64,000 nucleotides of DNA from Podarcis bocagei (taxonomy: Eukaryota): NCBI GenBank assembly GCA_964188305.1, contig OZ076889.1; one strand, given 5' to 3'. The position numbers and the translations under genes were made by a program. Shown in pieces: positions 12,580 to 25,680 of the stretch (its first letter is position 1; each line of letters begins with the position of its first letter). The notes under the pieces were generated by a model that did no database searches, was not told where the DNA came from, and saw only the letters and a program-made list of their open reading frames with translations.

Positions 12580-13950
12580 AACGTGCGCACTGCCAAAGCC
12601 CAGCCAAAATGGAGTGCACGTCAGACCTGCTCAGACGGCATCGGAGCCGCCGCGAACTCCGCGAGGAAGCCCTCGATTCCGTTGCCAAGAGCCCGTCCCT
12701 TACAAGCGGAGCCTGGCTTAGCAGACCCGGTTTCGCTCTTCTGACTGCCGGCGCTCCTGTTTCCCTTGAAGCAAGAGCGAAGGGACCCCCATCCCAGATC
12801 CGATTTCGACAACGCGCTCGGCGCTGAGAACGCTGAAGTTCAGTTCCCAAACTAGCTCGCCCGTCGCTCCAACCCCGAGAGCGCGCAACGCAGGCACCCT
12901 GACCAGCCTGCTGGCCGAAACCACCGCGTCCCCGGTGAGCCGGCCAGGCACAAGCAGGCGCGACGGAGCGGCGCAGCTCTCGCTGTCCAGCCGGCTGCAG
13001 GACCACCGCCAAGCCCCAAACTTGCGCGAGAGGAGCCCAGAAGCGGCTCGCTGCCCCGTCGAGCCCGCGGGGAAACTTTGCTCGCTCGCCTCCCTCCGAA
13101 GCGGCCGCGCCGAGCCATCTCCGACGTGCTTCCCTTACCGGTGGGCGGCGCGTCCTGGCGGCGGGCCCCCTCGGCTCTGGCGCCCCTCTCGCTCTACCCA
13201 GCTTGCTGCGCCCCGGGAGGGCCGTCGGGATCCGTCCGTCGCAACCGCGAGTCAGCAACGGTGTCTCGTGCCCGCGCCTCCTCGGCTCTGGCGCCCGGGG
13301 CCGCCTGGCATCGCCTCGGCCAGTCTCTCCGGCGGGGCTGCCCGGCGTCTCCCTGCTGCCGCTCGGCACGCGCGCGCAGCCTTTGCAGGAGGCTCCGCTC
13401 GCCACGGCATCCGGCTGCCTTTGCTCCGCGCGCTGCCAGCCTGAGCCTCAGCCTCCTCCGGGGGCTGCTGGGCGCGCAGAGGCGGGCGCACGGAAGGACC
13501 GCAGCGACCCCTACAGGCCGCCAGGGGCATTCTTCCCTTTTTTGGAGGTGAAGGAGCGTCTTAGGCTCCAGGGATCTAGGGAGGTCCCCTTACTAGATTC
13601 CTCCCTTCCGTCTGGGCGTAGGGGCTGCGTTGTGCTTCTTCCCGCGGCAGGTAAGAGTCGTTGCACCTTCATCATCAGCGGTGTGGCAGGCAGAAATTCA
13701 ACAGGTGGAGCTTTTCCTCTGGCATGCTGGTGCAGAGGTAAGGAAAGCGTGACTGTCTGCCTGACGCGAGGCTGTTCGAGAGCAAAAGTGGCGAGCCTGC
13801 GTTGTCCCTTCGCTTCCAAGGCTACAAGGAAGGAGATGCATTTCCTTCCTTGCCTTTGGGTGAGGAGCTGCATTTTGGGGGTCGCTGGAGGTCGATCAAG
13901 TTTGCGCTCCCATCCGCGCTTAATTGGGGTTGGGGTAAAGCGCGGGAGAG
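12580..13950. promoter_or_regulatory. CpG island / promoter
   Basis: Very high GC and CpG density with no transposon similarity. Confidence 0.85.
13139..13500 (-). other. Putative non-coding first exon of a - strand gene (possibly TAFA3/FAM19A3 by synteny); 5' boundary approximate
   Basis: - strand donor CCG|GTAAGG at 13139/13138 inside the CpG island; human TAFA3 lies head-to-head upstream of PPM1J; no TAFA coding exon found in the window. Confidence 0.4.
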
Positions 13951-16854
13951 TATCAGGGGTGCGTGCATATTGTGCCAAATTTAAAGGAGAACAAAGGCAA
14001 AGCGCTGAATTTCAAAGTATAAAATGAATTTAGTGGAAGACGTTGGGAGAGAGGAATCACTAATTGGCTCAGTATGTCAGTGAGAGCCAGACTGGCAGAA
14101 AAATAGAAGACACTAGGCTAGGACTTCTTAGCATAGTGCAAAGCCTAATAAGTCACTGGTTCACATTCTGAACACATTAGATAGCATTAGGAACTCTCTG
14201 TTTCCCACCTCCCACCCACAGTGTGGGAGTATCACACTGGCCTGCCTTGCAGGGGTGTTGGTAAAGAGTCCAAGAATACATGTGAAATATTTTCTATGCT
14301 CACAATTTCGATATAAATGCAAAATAAGAATATAATGGCTGACCACTCTCCCTGCTTTCTACAGAGCCTCCCTCCCTGTGTCCTTTCTTGCTCCTCCTCC
14401 TGACAGCCTTCTGCTGCCTGAAGAAAATATAAAGGGCCTGGTTCTGTCTCCTTCCAGCCCCAGCTGTTCAGTGCCATTCTGACCAATGCAGCTGCATGAT
14501 GCTTGGAGCTCAGGAAGGGGATTCCCGTTGCAGTTGCAATGAGTGGGGGGGGGTCAATGCAGGCAGGCTGCTGCTGCTGCAGAGTGGCTGGCAGTCCATT
14601 ATGACCTGATGCAGACATATCTACAGCAAGATCTACTTTAGCTGATGGGCTTCTGGGGCCAGGATGGACTGCAACTTCAAACCGGTTCACAAAACCTGTT
14701 TTATTCTACACGTAGGTAAGTAGTCTAGTCCCTGCCATTTCCCAATATGTATTTGGATAAACAGTGTAACATGCCCCCCATGCTTGGTATAATCACAATT
14801 GTAGAGCAAATGTGCAGCGTGAGATAACATTTAAACATTATTTGGCCGAGCAATATATCACAAGAATGCACACACTTAAAATGGGCCCTGGGTGGTTCTA
14901 ACATTTTACTATTCAGGATGCCAAGATCATAAAGCTTAAAAGACAACAATAACAATTTAATGGTTATTGAACAAGGGAGCTAAATTGAATGCATTTTTAA
15001 TACTAATCAAATAATTGAGGGAAACCCCTTAATAGTCCTGTGATAACAAGCCAATAGTGTGTTACTCTCAAAATAAAAATGTTTTTGTCGTGAAAAGTGA
15101 AAACAAATCAGATAAATTTCTTTTTTTTAATCACTGAAATTCTTGTTAAATTAGACCAGATTGTTCACCGGATGAAGCCTGCACAATTAAAATTTCATTG
15201 CTGTAAGTACAAATATGTTTGCTTCCAAATCATTTCACAGAAAATGAAATCCCCTTCCCACAGAAGCCTGCAGCTTTCAAGATTTCACGAAGTTCTTTCG
15301 GTATAGAAAAAGGCATGCTGAGCCGAGGTAGTTTTTATTCTTCACAACTAACAGCTCCCCAGGCAAGGAAGAAAATGAAATCCTAATGAAGTTCACTCTA
15401 TCCAAAACTCCAAAAGTGGCCTTTTAGGACAAAACCGCTGGTTTTATGTATGTAGATTTTATTGAAAAACCACACTGCTCTTTATACCAGTACTTAAGTG
15501 ATCTTGTCAATTTCAGAACTGCCTCCTAAGGTTTTGAAAGGTCAAGTGCTTAAGTTTGGCTTATATGGTCTTCTACATTTAATGCTGTACAGAAGGAGCC
15601 CATATCAATGGGTTTTGTATAAGAGGCCCAGAAAAATTAACTGGCTTGTTCAAGTTTACATAGAGTCTTTGGCTAGAGATGCGACAATGGCTACTAAACC
15701 TGCTGGCTATTTTCTACCTTCACTGATCTCCATACGTCTGAATACTGCAGGAGAGGAGAGTGCTGTTGTGCTCAGGTCTTGATTTCAGGCTTCCCATGGG
15801 CATCTAGTTGGCCACCGTGAGAACAAGGTGCTGGACCAGTGAAAAACATTTCTGTACCCACTTTCTCCATGCCAGGAATCGTTTTATAAACCTGGATCAT
15901 GCCACCTCTTACTTGCCTTTTCTCTTAAACTAAAAAGTCCCAAATGCTGCAACCTCTCTTCATAGGGGAGTCACTATATAACTATATTTGGTTGCAAGGA
16001 AGTGTCCCTTTGCGCTATCCCACTTCCCTCTTCTGCCAGCTCATTCATTCATTCATTCATTCATTCATGCATGCCACTTTTCCATCAATAAATCATGCTC
16101 GAACCAGCTTACAACAAAGAAAAAAGGGAATGCATTCCAAGCAAGCATTACAGAAGATTACTTAAACCACCACCAACTGGAAAAATAACAAGGGGGCTTC
16201 ACAGTTTTACCTTAGTCCTAGAAACACCCCTCCCAGCTTTTAATAAGTCTCAGTAGTTTCCTTGTTCTCTAGGACCTTACACTTTTCATCAGTATAGCAT
16301 TGCTGGCGGAAGGGGGAGTTATTTAACACGTTTCTCCAGTGCCATTTTCCTGATCTAACTTGCCTCCTAGCTGCTATTTGTCAGGTGGCAGGAGGCGGAA
16401 ATCAAGAATTATATGGGGAGCTTCCTATTGCTGGACAGAACAGGGCTTGATTGACATAACCATTTTGGGACAAAAGGGCGGGAGCATAATTAGACCCTCC
16501 AGGCCTCCCCATTTTGCCCACAATACTGTTTTGGCCACACCCACCTGCCGTACTCCTGATGTCATGCATGATGTCAACTGCAGGACAGGTAAAGACATGA
16601 CTGGGCCAAAGGAGGTTTGCAGCCACTTGTAAGATTGTTTAAGATTTAACCCTAACAAGGTCTTAGAGGCAAATCATCCCCCAACTTGGACCATTGGTCC
16701 ATCTTTGCCAGTGCCAGTTACTCTGTCTGGCAGGGATATTTCTCAGAACTTAAATCTGGTGTCCCTTAGCAGGAAATAGCAGGGACTGACCCAGAGGCCT
16801 TCTGCATGCAAAACAAATGCTTTGCTACTAATGCTCCTCCCTTGGATGATGACG

Positions 16855-17095
16855 ATTTATTACTTATACCCCACCCATTCAACTGTGTTGCCCCAGCCAG
16901 TCTGGGTGGCGTCCAACATAATATAAAATAAACACAGTGAAGTATCAAACATTAAAAACTTCCTGATACACGGCTGCCTGCAGGTGTCTTTGGAAAGTTG
17001 TGTCATTTATCTCCTTGACATCTAGTGGAAGGGCATTCCACCACTACTGAGAAGGCCCTCTGCCTGGTTCCTTGTAACTTCACTTCTTGCAGCGA
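16855..17095 (-). mobile_element. L2-like LINE 3' end fragment
   Basis: Resembles squamate L2 3' termini (TTTATTACTTATACCCCACCC...; GAAGGCCCTCTGCCTGG). Confidence 0.55.
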
Positions 17096-17292
17096 GAATG
17101 CTGAGAAAATTTCCATTAGTGGATCTATGAGTGGCGGGAACTACAGTTGCATAGTGTTTCCCCTGTGGTCTCAGTTTCAACCTTTTACTGTCCCTATGAT
17201 CAGATCATAAAAATATCGGAACCACCAGGATATGACTCCAAAATCCTATAAAACAGAATAGGTAGGGCGGATGCAAATAAAATAGAAGGGGG

Positions 17293-17294
<2 letters not shown>

Positions 17295-17333
<39 letters not shown>
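17295..17333. repeat. (GA)n microsatellite
   Basis: Seen directly. Confidence 0.95.
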
Positions 17334-17338
<5 letters not shown>

Positions 17339-18236
17339 ACACTTCTGGGAAACTGCTATGAAAGTGACAAGACAACGTTTTGGAGCAAAGAGTTTATACT
17401 GGAGGGAGTCCTTGAGGTCAAAGGTTCTGTGAAGCAGCACACTCTGCAAATGCGTATTAGCAAATGAGGCCACAGAAGGTACAGTGGAGTCCTTTAGTTT
17501 TGGAGCAGCCTTCTCTGTGCAGGATGCAGCGGCAGCAGCAGGAAAGAGGCACGAAATGAAGATGTGTGGCTGCAATCAAATTGCCCCGTAAAAGGAATCA
17601 CAATAAATTCTGCCCTTCCCGATTACAGGGGACAGGCAAACCTTCGAACCCATTAAGGGCTGCTCCTTTTCTTGATGAATTATCCAGGATGCACCAAGCT
17701 ATTTGCTGAGCTCTACTGTATTACACTAATTATAAATTAATATATTGCTCATTACACACACTGAAGCTATGTAGTCAACTAATGCACTGCACCAAGGAGG
17801 CTATTTTGAAGCATCCTCTGGTGTTCCAGTGATCTAGAGGCTTCATTTATTCATGGATTGGTTGAAAGGCCACTGCTGAAGGACTGTTCCCCGCCCTCCA
17901 AAACTCTGAGCTGCCAGAAAGTGCATTACCACTCCAAAGGTAACGTTCTGTACATCGGGCTATAGCCTCCTCCTTTTGAAGCTTTTATAAGGCAATGCAG
18001 CAGGGAAATTTCTGTGTGGAAATGGAGCAAATAACATTCTTTCATCTTCTTTATTCCGGGGTTTGAACTGACTTTCAGTTTTGTATGGTCTGCTTAAAAC
18101 ACACACACATGTGTGTGTGCTGCATATCTAAAGTAGGGCACTTACTCAAGCCAGGCATAACTAATCTGGATTAAGGGATCCCAAGTCTGCGCTTGTACTT
18201 ATGAACCACTTTCCTAGATCAGACTAAAATCCACTA

Positions 18237-18446
18237 CAGTCGAGCCTCAGGTTACGGTGGGGATCTGTTCCAGAGTTCCCGCCACAACGTGAAAACGACG
18301 CAACGCAAAGCATCGCATCTGCGCTCGCATGCGATTTAGCAGTTCTGTACAAGCACGGACAGTGTGAACCCAGAAGTAACCCGTTCCGGTACTTCTGGGT
18401 TTGCACCAGTCTGCAGCCAAGGGTGATGTAACCTGAGGCTCCACTG
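18237..18446. mobile_element. Tc1/mariner (Tigger-like) MITE
   Basis: TIR CAGT(C/G)GAGCCTCAGGTTAC, flanking TA on both sides. Confidence 0.85.
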
Positions 18447-19145
18447 TAATTCAACATTCTTTGCAACAATCCCAGCCACTAACAGGCACCACCAGGCAGT
18501 TCAATGGAATTTAGGGATCTGCTTTGTAGGCATCTCTCTTTGCCTCTGTTTGTGCTCTGCTCATCAGAGGATCAGCATGGCTGGGCATTTGCTGAGGGCC
18601 CATACTCAGAAGGGGGCCCGCTGACAGCCCATTCGTTCACACACCTTTCATTCTGGCATAGACAGAAGGCAGAGGTAAGAACGAAGAGCAATAGATGCCA
18701 CTACCTGCTTGCTCATCAGCTCTCTGCCAGGGAAGTTAGGAAGGGGTAGCAATGATGAGGAACAAGAGGGACAGGGAGTGATAATGGCGAAGAGGAGATA
18801 GTCAAACTGAGGAAGGGGATCCAAGGAGGATATCTTGTTCAAGGGCCCTCCAAACGCTGGCAGGAGCAAAAGAAGAGCCCTGCTGGTGAAGGAGCTAGAG
18901 AGACCCTCTTGGTCTAAGTGTGTCCATGATGATGGCTTGCAACTGACATGACCTACTTAGCATGACCCATTTAGCTGTCCACAAGGTGCTTTTAGAAGAA
19001 AAGTCAAACTGTCCACTTTCGACAGACTTTGTGGTCGGAAGTTTCCTGGTAGTGCTGATGCCTTTTGGGAAAGTCAAACGTTCAGACGTCGTGATTGGGG
19101 GATTCCTGGTGTTGTCGGAAAGGCAATGTCCAGGAGGGAAGAGGT

Positions 19146-19477
19146 TGTGACAGAGAGCAACCACCAAATCTGCTAAAACGTTTTATTTAGGAACTAAGAC
19201 CCTCATGCCCTGAAGACTGGCCACAAGGTGTTTCCTGTGAAGCCCAACTAGGTATTATCTGTTTGACTTTAGCAAAGCATGTCTGTGATCACATGTTCTT
19301 CACATGTAATGATGTATAACTGTATAAATATGTGTCATGAGCTCCTTAGAGTCACACAGATTTTTCAAGTATTAACCTATTCTGTGCCTTCTGCCACGGC
19401 TGAATAAACACTTTGGCTTTCCACCTCAGTGTGTTCCTTGGTTATGCTCACCCTGCTCAATTGGACACTTGTCCACA
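19146..19477 (+). mobile_element. Putative LTR (TG...CA)
   Basis: Preceded by purine tract AGGAGGGAAGAGG; TATAAATA at ~19324; AATAAA at ~19403; ends CCACA. Confidence 0.4.
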
Positions 19478-19618
19478 ATGCTGGATCAGGCCAAAGCCCT
19501 ATCAAATCATATCATCCTGTTTCTGGAGTGAATGATGCCTGTGAGAAGCCTGCAAGCAGGAGCTGGGTGCAACAGCACTCTCCCCACTTGCGATTCTCAG
19601 TAACTGGTATTCAGAGGC

Positions 19619-19822
19619 AAGGTAAGAAAGATAAAGGTAAAGGACCCCTGGACACTTAAGTCCAGTCAAAGGCAACTATGGGGTTACAGCACTCATCTTG
19701 CTTTCAGGCCGAGGGAGCTGACGTTTGTCCACAGACAGCTTTCCAGGTCATGTGGCCAGCATGACTAAACCACTTCTGGCACAACGGGACACGATGATGG
19801 AAACCAGAGCGCACAGAAACGC
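19619..19822 (-). mobile_element. Sauria SINE 3' half
   Basis: Similar to 22761-22925, including the AAAGGT tail. Confidence 0.8.
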
Positions 19823-21773
19823 TCCCTGCTCAGGGAAGGGGGCGGTGCATAACACTGTTTTCCAGGAAAGAAACATTGGCTTGTATTCAATGCAGCACTA
19901 AGTAACAGTCCCATCAATGCAAGGGTGGATGCTTGTGCAACAGGACTTTCCCCTCTCCTTCCCCTGTGCATGTTCTGCACCCTCTTCAAATCTGATCCAG
20001 AGGTTTGGGGGGAAACCTAGGATAGAATTAGGGAGTATATGGGGGGGCTATAAACCCTTGTGCTGATGACACCGTTGCTTGGTGCTGAATTGAATACAAG
20101 CCATTAACACCAATGTGAAGGGGAAGAAGGCGCACTACTGTAGGGGAACATAAGAGCAAATGTCTCTTTCTCTCAGGATAACTGATAGACCAGACTTCTA
20201 GGTGCTAGTGCTGGCAATGAAAATGGGCCATTCTAGATCCACTGGGGCTGCCATTATGGCATGCCATCAGCCTCCTCTTCAATCACAGTGACATCCGCAC
20301 ACTAAAGTTATTGTGCATTTTCTAACACAATTCTTAATGCCTGTATTCCAGAAAGCAAGATGTCCATCAGCCTAGCCTGTATCATCAGGTTGTTTGTCAG
20401 GAGAAAATGAGGTATGGATAGATTTGACCTTGCAATGGTCCCATCCAAAAAGCCTACATGAAAAAATCTACAGACAGACGCACGTTCCGCAAACCCCTCA
20501 AAACAAAGCCTGAATACAAACAGTTTTGGGAAGCCCGTTTTTCTTCTTGAAATGCTTTTGCACTTTGATTAAAGGTCTGAGCAAACTCAGGAATAAATAA
20601 ATAATGCTAAGAGCTCTGGCAGCCCTCCTTGCATGATCCTGCGATGTCAATAAACTAGCAAATGATACACAGGGCTGACAGGAAGAAAATGACCTGTGTC
20701 TGATATTGCATCGGTGTTTCTGTGTTTACTTTTACAAATTGCCCAGGAGAGCCTTGTGAAAAAGCAACAAAAAAACCTGGGTGGGGGAGAGGAAGAAGAG
20801 CGCTGTAAGAATAGGCAAACTGGAGGCCATTAATCATATTTTCAGTCTGCTTGTCCACTTATGATCAGCCATATAAGAGCTCTGCTACTTCAGTAAGGCA
20901 ACCTATATAATGCAGGTAGGAAAGCAGACAAGAATGATAAAGGCCATCAATGGATGCTCAGGAGGAAGGGTAGTTAATGGAGCTGGAACTTCACATTACG
21001 GGTGCTTCCAGGCTGCCACTATTTTTTCTGGTTGGATTCAGCCCCATCCCAGCAAATTATGGCTGCACAATTAAAGAATGGTTTGGAGCTCTTGTGAGGT
21101 AAACCTGCTTCCCTAATAGGATCTGGACTTTTTGCAATAAGAAAAGTGACTAGAAAAGGCACCATGAAGTGTAGGATATGCAACACTGCCTAATCTCTAC
21201 ACAAATCCAGGGGGATGATGGATCACACTGCAGGATTCTGAATCATGTGCAGGATCACACTGCAAGTCTTTGGACTTTTAGTAGAGGGATCATTTTGGAG
21301 TTGCAGATCATGGAAATGCATATAATGACAAAGTGTGTCTATAAAATGGTCTGTTATAACAACTCTGCAAAACATGGACTCCTTTTGTTATGATTTGGCA
21401 TTATCATTACCAATATGCAAAGTTGGAAAAGCATATTGTTGTGTAAGTTGTTAATTGGTGTGTGTGTGTGTGTTTAAAGTTAGGTGTCTTTTCTCACACT
21501 CATTCATCCATTTTCCAGAGTGCTTTCTTTCTTTGCTGCCTCTGATGCAGTCTGCTCTCCTACACAAAAACTTGTGCCATTATTAAATGTGTTAATCTTT
21601 AAGTCACTTTGTTATTTGTTCATCCAATTTCCTAAAGCTTTTTATTTGTTTTAATTTGATGATGAAATGCAAAGAAAGGGTGGAGAGTCTGTAGTCTGGT
21701 TTTGCTGTTAAACCAATCACATTGGCACAAAACTCATTCTCTCTTTCTTTTCATTAAAAAAGATTTGTCATTA

Positions 21774-22013
21774 CAGTGGTACCTCGCTTACAGTGGTTAC
21801 ATACGCTTCAGGTTACAGACTCCGCTAACCCAGAAATAGTACCTCGGGTTAAGAACTTTGCTTCAGGATGAGAACAGAAATCGTGCTCCGGTGGCACAGC
21901 AGCAGCAGGAGGCCCCACTAGCTAAAGTGGTGCTTCAGGTTAAGAACAGTTTCAGGTTAAGAATGGACCTCTGGAACGAATTACCGGTAAGTACTTAACC
22001 CGAGGTACCACTG
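21774..22013 (+). mobile_element. Tigger-like MITE, family A copy 1
   Basis: TIR CAGTGGTACCTCG, TA TSDs; shared body with 36442, 38549 and 48676. Confidence 0.92.
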
Positions 22014-22528
22014 TACAAATACATTGTTATAAGCATGCAAACTCATGCTTGGTGCTGCTCAGTCTAGCTCTGTGACTTCAGAATGCCATTGCCAAAGGCC
22101 CCCTGGCTACCCTTGCAAGCCTCCCAGTGCCAGCTCCCCCCCTTCTTCTTTTTTTAGAAAGCCCTTTCCCCTTGTTTCACATTTGCCTAGGCTGTAAATA
22201 AAGAGGAATAATGAGCTGGGTCTCTCAGTTCTCCTTAAACTGCTATTTAACCATAAAGAGGGAATGTGAGGCCCTCTAAGGATGCCTTGATAGATTTATC
22301 CTGAGCCAACATGCGTGAAAGTGGGTCCAGCAGCCTGAATAAAATTAAACCCTCCAAATGACAGCAGCGCCAATAGGAAAAGATGGCGCGACTGACAGGG
22401 GCTGCAGAGCATCGACACAGAAGCCAGGTCTAAGCTGAGGCCACAATTCATCACAGAGTTAAGTGCCCTTAAATCCATTCAAATCGGTGGGCTGAAGTAC
22501 ATATAGCTCAAGGGGCAAGAGTCTAGAG

Positions 22529-22640
22529 CAGGGGTGGGGAACCTACGGCCCTCCAGACATTGCTAGACTGCAGTTCCCACTATCCCCCATCATTGACCAT
22601 GCTGTCTGGGGCGGGGCTGATGGGAACTGGAGTTCAACAG
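22529..22640. mobile_element. Partial hAT-Charlie MITE
   Basis: GTCTAGAG target followed by CAGGGGTGGGGAACCTACGGCCCTCCAG; resembles 7958-8093. Confidence 0.6.
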
Positions 22641-22760
22641 GGTCATATGTTGGAATGGGCAAATGGCATCCATTATGGTTTCTCTCAAGTTGTCTAATCC
22701 TCTTTTCAAGCCATGAAAGTGGCCAGCCATATCAATACCATATCTTGTAGGAGCAAACTA

Positions 22761-23116
22761 AGGTAAAGGTAAAGGGACCCCTGACCATTAGGTGCAGTCG
22801 TGGCCGACTCTGGGGTTGCGGCGCTCATCTCACTTTATTGGCCAAGGGAGCCAGCGTACAGCTTCCAGGTCATGTGGCCAGCATGACTAAGCCACTTCTG
22901 GCGAACCAAAACAGCGCACGGAAACGCCGTTTACCTTCCCGCTGGAGAGGTACCTATTTATCTACTTGCACTTTGACGTGCTTTCTAACTGCTAGGTTGG
23001 CAGGAGCAGGGAGCGGGCAACAGGAGCTCACCCTGTTGCGGGGATTCGAACCGCCGACCTTCTGATCAGCAAGTCCTAGGCTCTGTGGTTTAACCCACAG
23101 CGCCACCCGCGTCCCT
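22761..23116 (-). mobile_element. Full-length Sauria SINE
   Basis: tRNA-like head, (ACCTTT)n tail; TSD TAGGAGCAAACTA / TAGGTGCAAACTA. Confidence 0.93.
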
Positions 23117-25550
23117 TAGGTGCAAACTATTGCACCATAATAGTGCCATGCAAAATCCGCACACAAAAATGTAACACAAGGAGGTTAGGTTCTTGCGCAC
23201 TTCGATTGTATATATAGTTGCTGAGAACACAGACTGGGCTGGGCTGTTTTAATTTCATTAGTTCTTCCATATTTCCAACATGCTGGTCTAGAGGAAATCA
23301 ATAATGACGCTGCTTGCTTCTGCCACCCCTGCTTTTCTCCCCTGATGTGCAGAAGCATCAGTCTTTGCATCCATGCACAGATTCTCTATTGTTATCAATT
23401 CACAGCAGCACTGTTTGTTTTTGGTAAAGCTGATGCCCCAAGCAATTTTTTTTTAAATCCTAATTTGCTTGGCCTTATCACTGGGGCCAGTTGCAGGAGC
23501 AGAGAATTCAATTAGTTCAACACAGCTGGAAGCTTGGTGCATCTCGGACTCAGGAAAGGCAGCTGTGTTGCGTGTTCTTTTCAAACTGGAACTTTGTGGC
23601 TTTTCATGCTGGCATCGCAGGGGGTTGTATCAGCAGTAATTATCTGGATCTGCCTCTGTGTATTTTCATGCTAGTACTTTGAAACTGCTTTGCTGTAGGA
23701 GGTGTACAGGAATTGCAGTCATCAGAACTTGTGAAAGCTCTCTTGCTTCCTCCCTCCCTCACACACCAGCAGCGAAGGAAGGAAGGCAGGTAAGGTAAGG
23801 TAAGAAGGCATGGTTACTAACCATGATGGTTATGCTCCAAATACCAGTTGCTGGAAACCACGGGAGGGGAGAGTGCTTTCGTGCTCAGATCCTGTTTGCA
23901 GGTTTCCCACAGCCATCTGCTTGGTCACGGTGAGAACAGGGTGTGGGCCTCAATGGGCCACTGGCGTAATCCAGCAGACTCTCCATAGGCATGTGTATAG
24001 GTATAGAACAGATTAGATGGACACCTTGTAAGTGCAGGGTTTTCTCTCTGTTTCTGAATGCCAGACAGCAGATCTGCTGCTTTGTAAGAGGGCCTGCTAA
24101 TGCCCTCCAGTGATGTACTATCTGTATATTTGTGAACCAAGCAAATATTACAGATATACCCAAGTCCCTAGAGTTTTGTCATATGAAGAAAGCCAAACCA
24201 GATGCAGCTTCTGCCTGCATCTATCTTCTGGAAGTGGTAGTGTGGTGACTGGCTCCATGGACAGCTGTGAGGGAGGATGGATTCATCCTCTGCAGGCAAA
24301 AGCTGCAGGTCAATTCCAACCTTTTTCTTCTGCCTGTGTCTGTCTCTATCTCCATCTGAGCTTTCTGGCCACCTTCCGTGGAGAGAGATCTGTGGGGGTG
24401 GGGGACTGCTTTTGTGGCACACCCTCAGCCCTCAAGATCTGCCCTGCTTGGCAAGGTCAGCTTGGCTTTTTATCTGCAGGGAAAATATCATTTTTTGGCA
24501 TGTTGACCATTCTTGTTGTCATTGCTTTGTTAGCTTTTTACCGCTTTACCTCTTCCTTGTCCTTACCTGTTTATCTTGTCATTTCAACACCCACCCTTCT
24601 TCCTTCATTGAAATAAGTAAATAAATGAATAATTCCTGAGTGCAGACCCTAATGAAATGTGCTGGGCATACCTATGACAGCAACCAATACCTGCCGTCTA
24701 TCTTAGTTGTAGCAGGAGTGCCTAGCCAAATAGTGAATCCGGCAATGCTCTGGCCAGGGTAGCATCAGGCAGTCTGACAGTGAACATGTCACTGTGGCTT
24801 TCCACAGATGTGTTGGCATCAGGCCTTTCCTATTTCTGCTGTTGTTACAATACAATAACTGCAAATGCTGCCTCTGAGCAAAGAAGGCATTAAATAGGGC
24901 AAATAAATAGGGATCAAGAGAGGGCCCCAGCACGGCAGGTGCCGGAACACTGATTGCAACTCACCAAACTCAGAGCAATTCTCACTCCTGGTTGCCTCAT
25001 TAAAAAGCATTTCGGAGCCCAGCAGTCATCCTGGCTGCCTGATTACATTTGCACATATGCAGGGTTGTTAAAAAAAAGGAAAATATTTAGAGAACGCACC
25101 GGTTTGGCGCCTTTTGCAGTCTTGCATTTTAATCAGCATTCCCGTGCAGCCCCTGGGTGCTTTGCAGAGCTGGATGTGGCAACTCTTCACTATGAGAGAC
25201 GGGCTTGTGAGAATTAGTGTTATGGGAAGGGTGGGGTGAGAGAAGATCATTATTGGGAAGCAAAGAAGAGTGCACTGCCGCTTGGATTCCAAAGCACATG
25301 GTTAATTAAACTTCAAGGCATATGCCTTGCCATTAGAGAACCCACCAGGAGCCTGAACCTCAGTCCCACATCAGAGGCTGCAATCACTGGCAACATTTAG
25401 GAACAGGCCATGAAGCACAGCAGCTGAGACTGCAGGCCAGGAAGGTGGGTTTAAGATCTGAGAGAGAAAGGTAGGTGCTTGTTAAAGGGCAAGAGTTCTC
25501 TTGGAAGCAAGGGGGGGAGGCAACTGGACATTTGATCCCTCCACTTGTCT

Positions 25551-25680
25551 NNNNNNNNNNNNNNNNNNNNNNNNNNNNNNNNNNNNNNNNNNNNNNNNNN
25601 NNNNNNNNNNNNNNNNNNNNNNNNNNNNNNNNNNNNNNNNNNNNNNNNNNNNNNNNNNNNNNNNNNNNNNNNNNNNNNNN
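25551..25680. other. Assembly gap (130 N)
   Basis: Seen directly. Confidence 1.

Noticed and set aside
12182-14027. Long overlapping ORFs (407, 274, 169 aa) on both strands
   Set aside because: Low-complexity R/A/G/P translations expected from a CpG island; one runs through a microsatellite; no recognisable domain.
24110-24624. 168-aa and 115-aa ORFs
   Set aside because: No recognisable homology or convincing splice structure.
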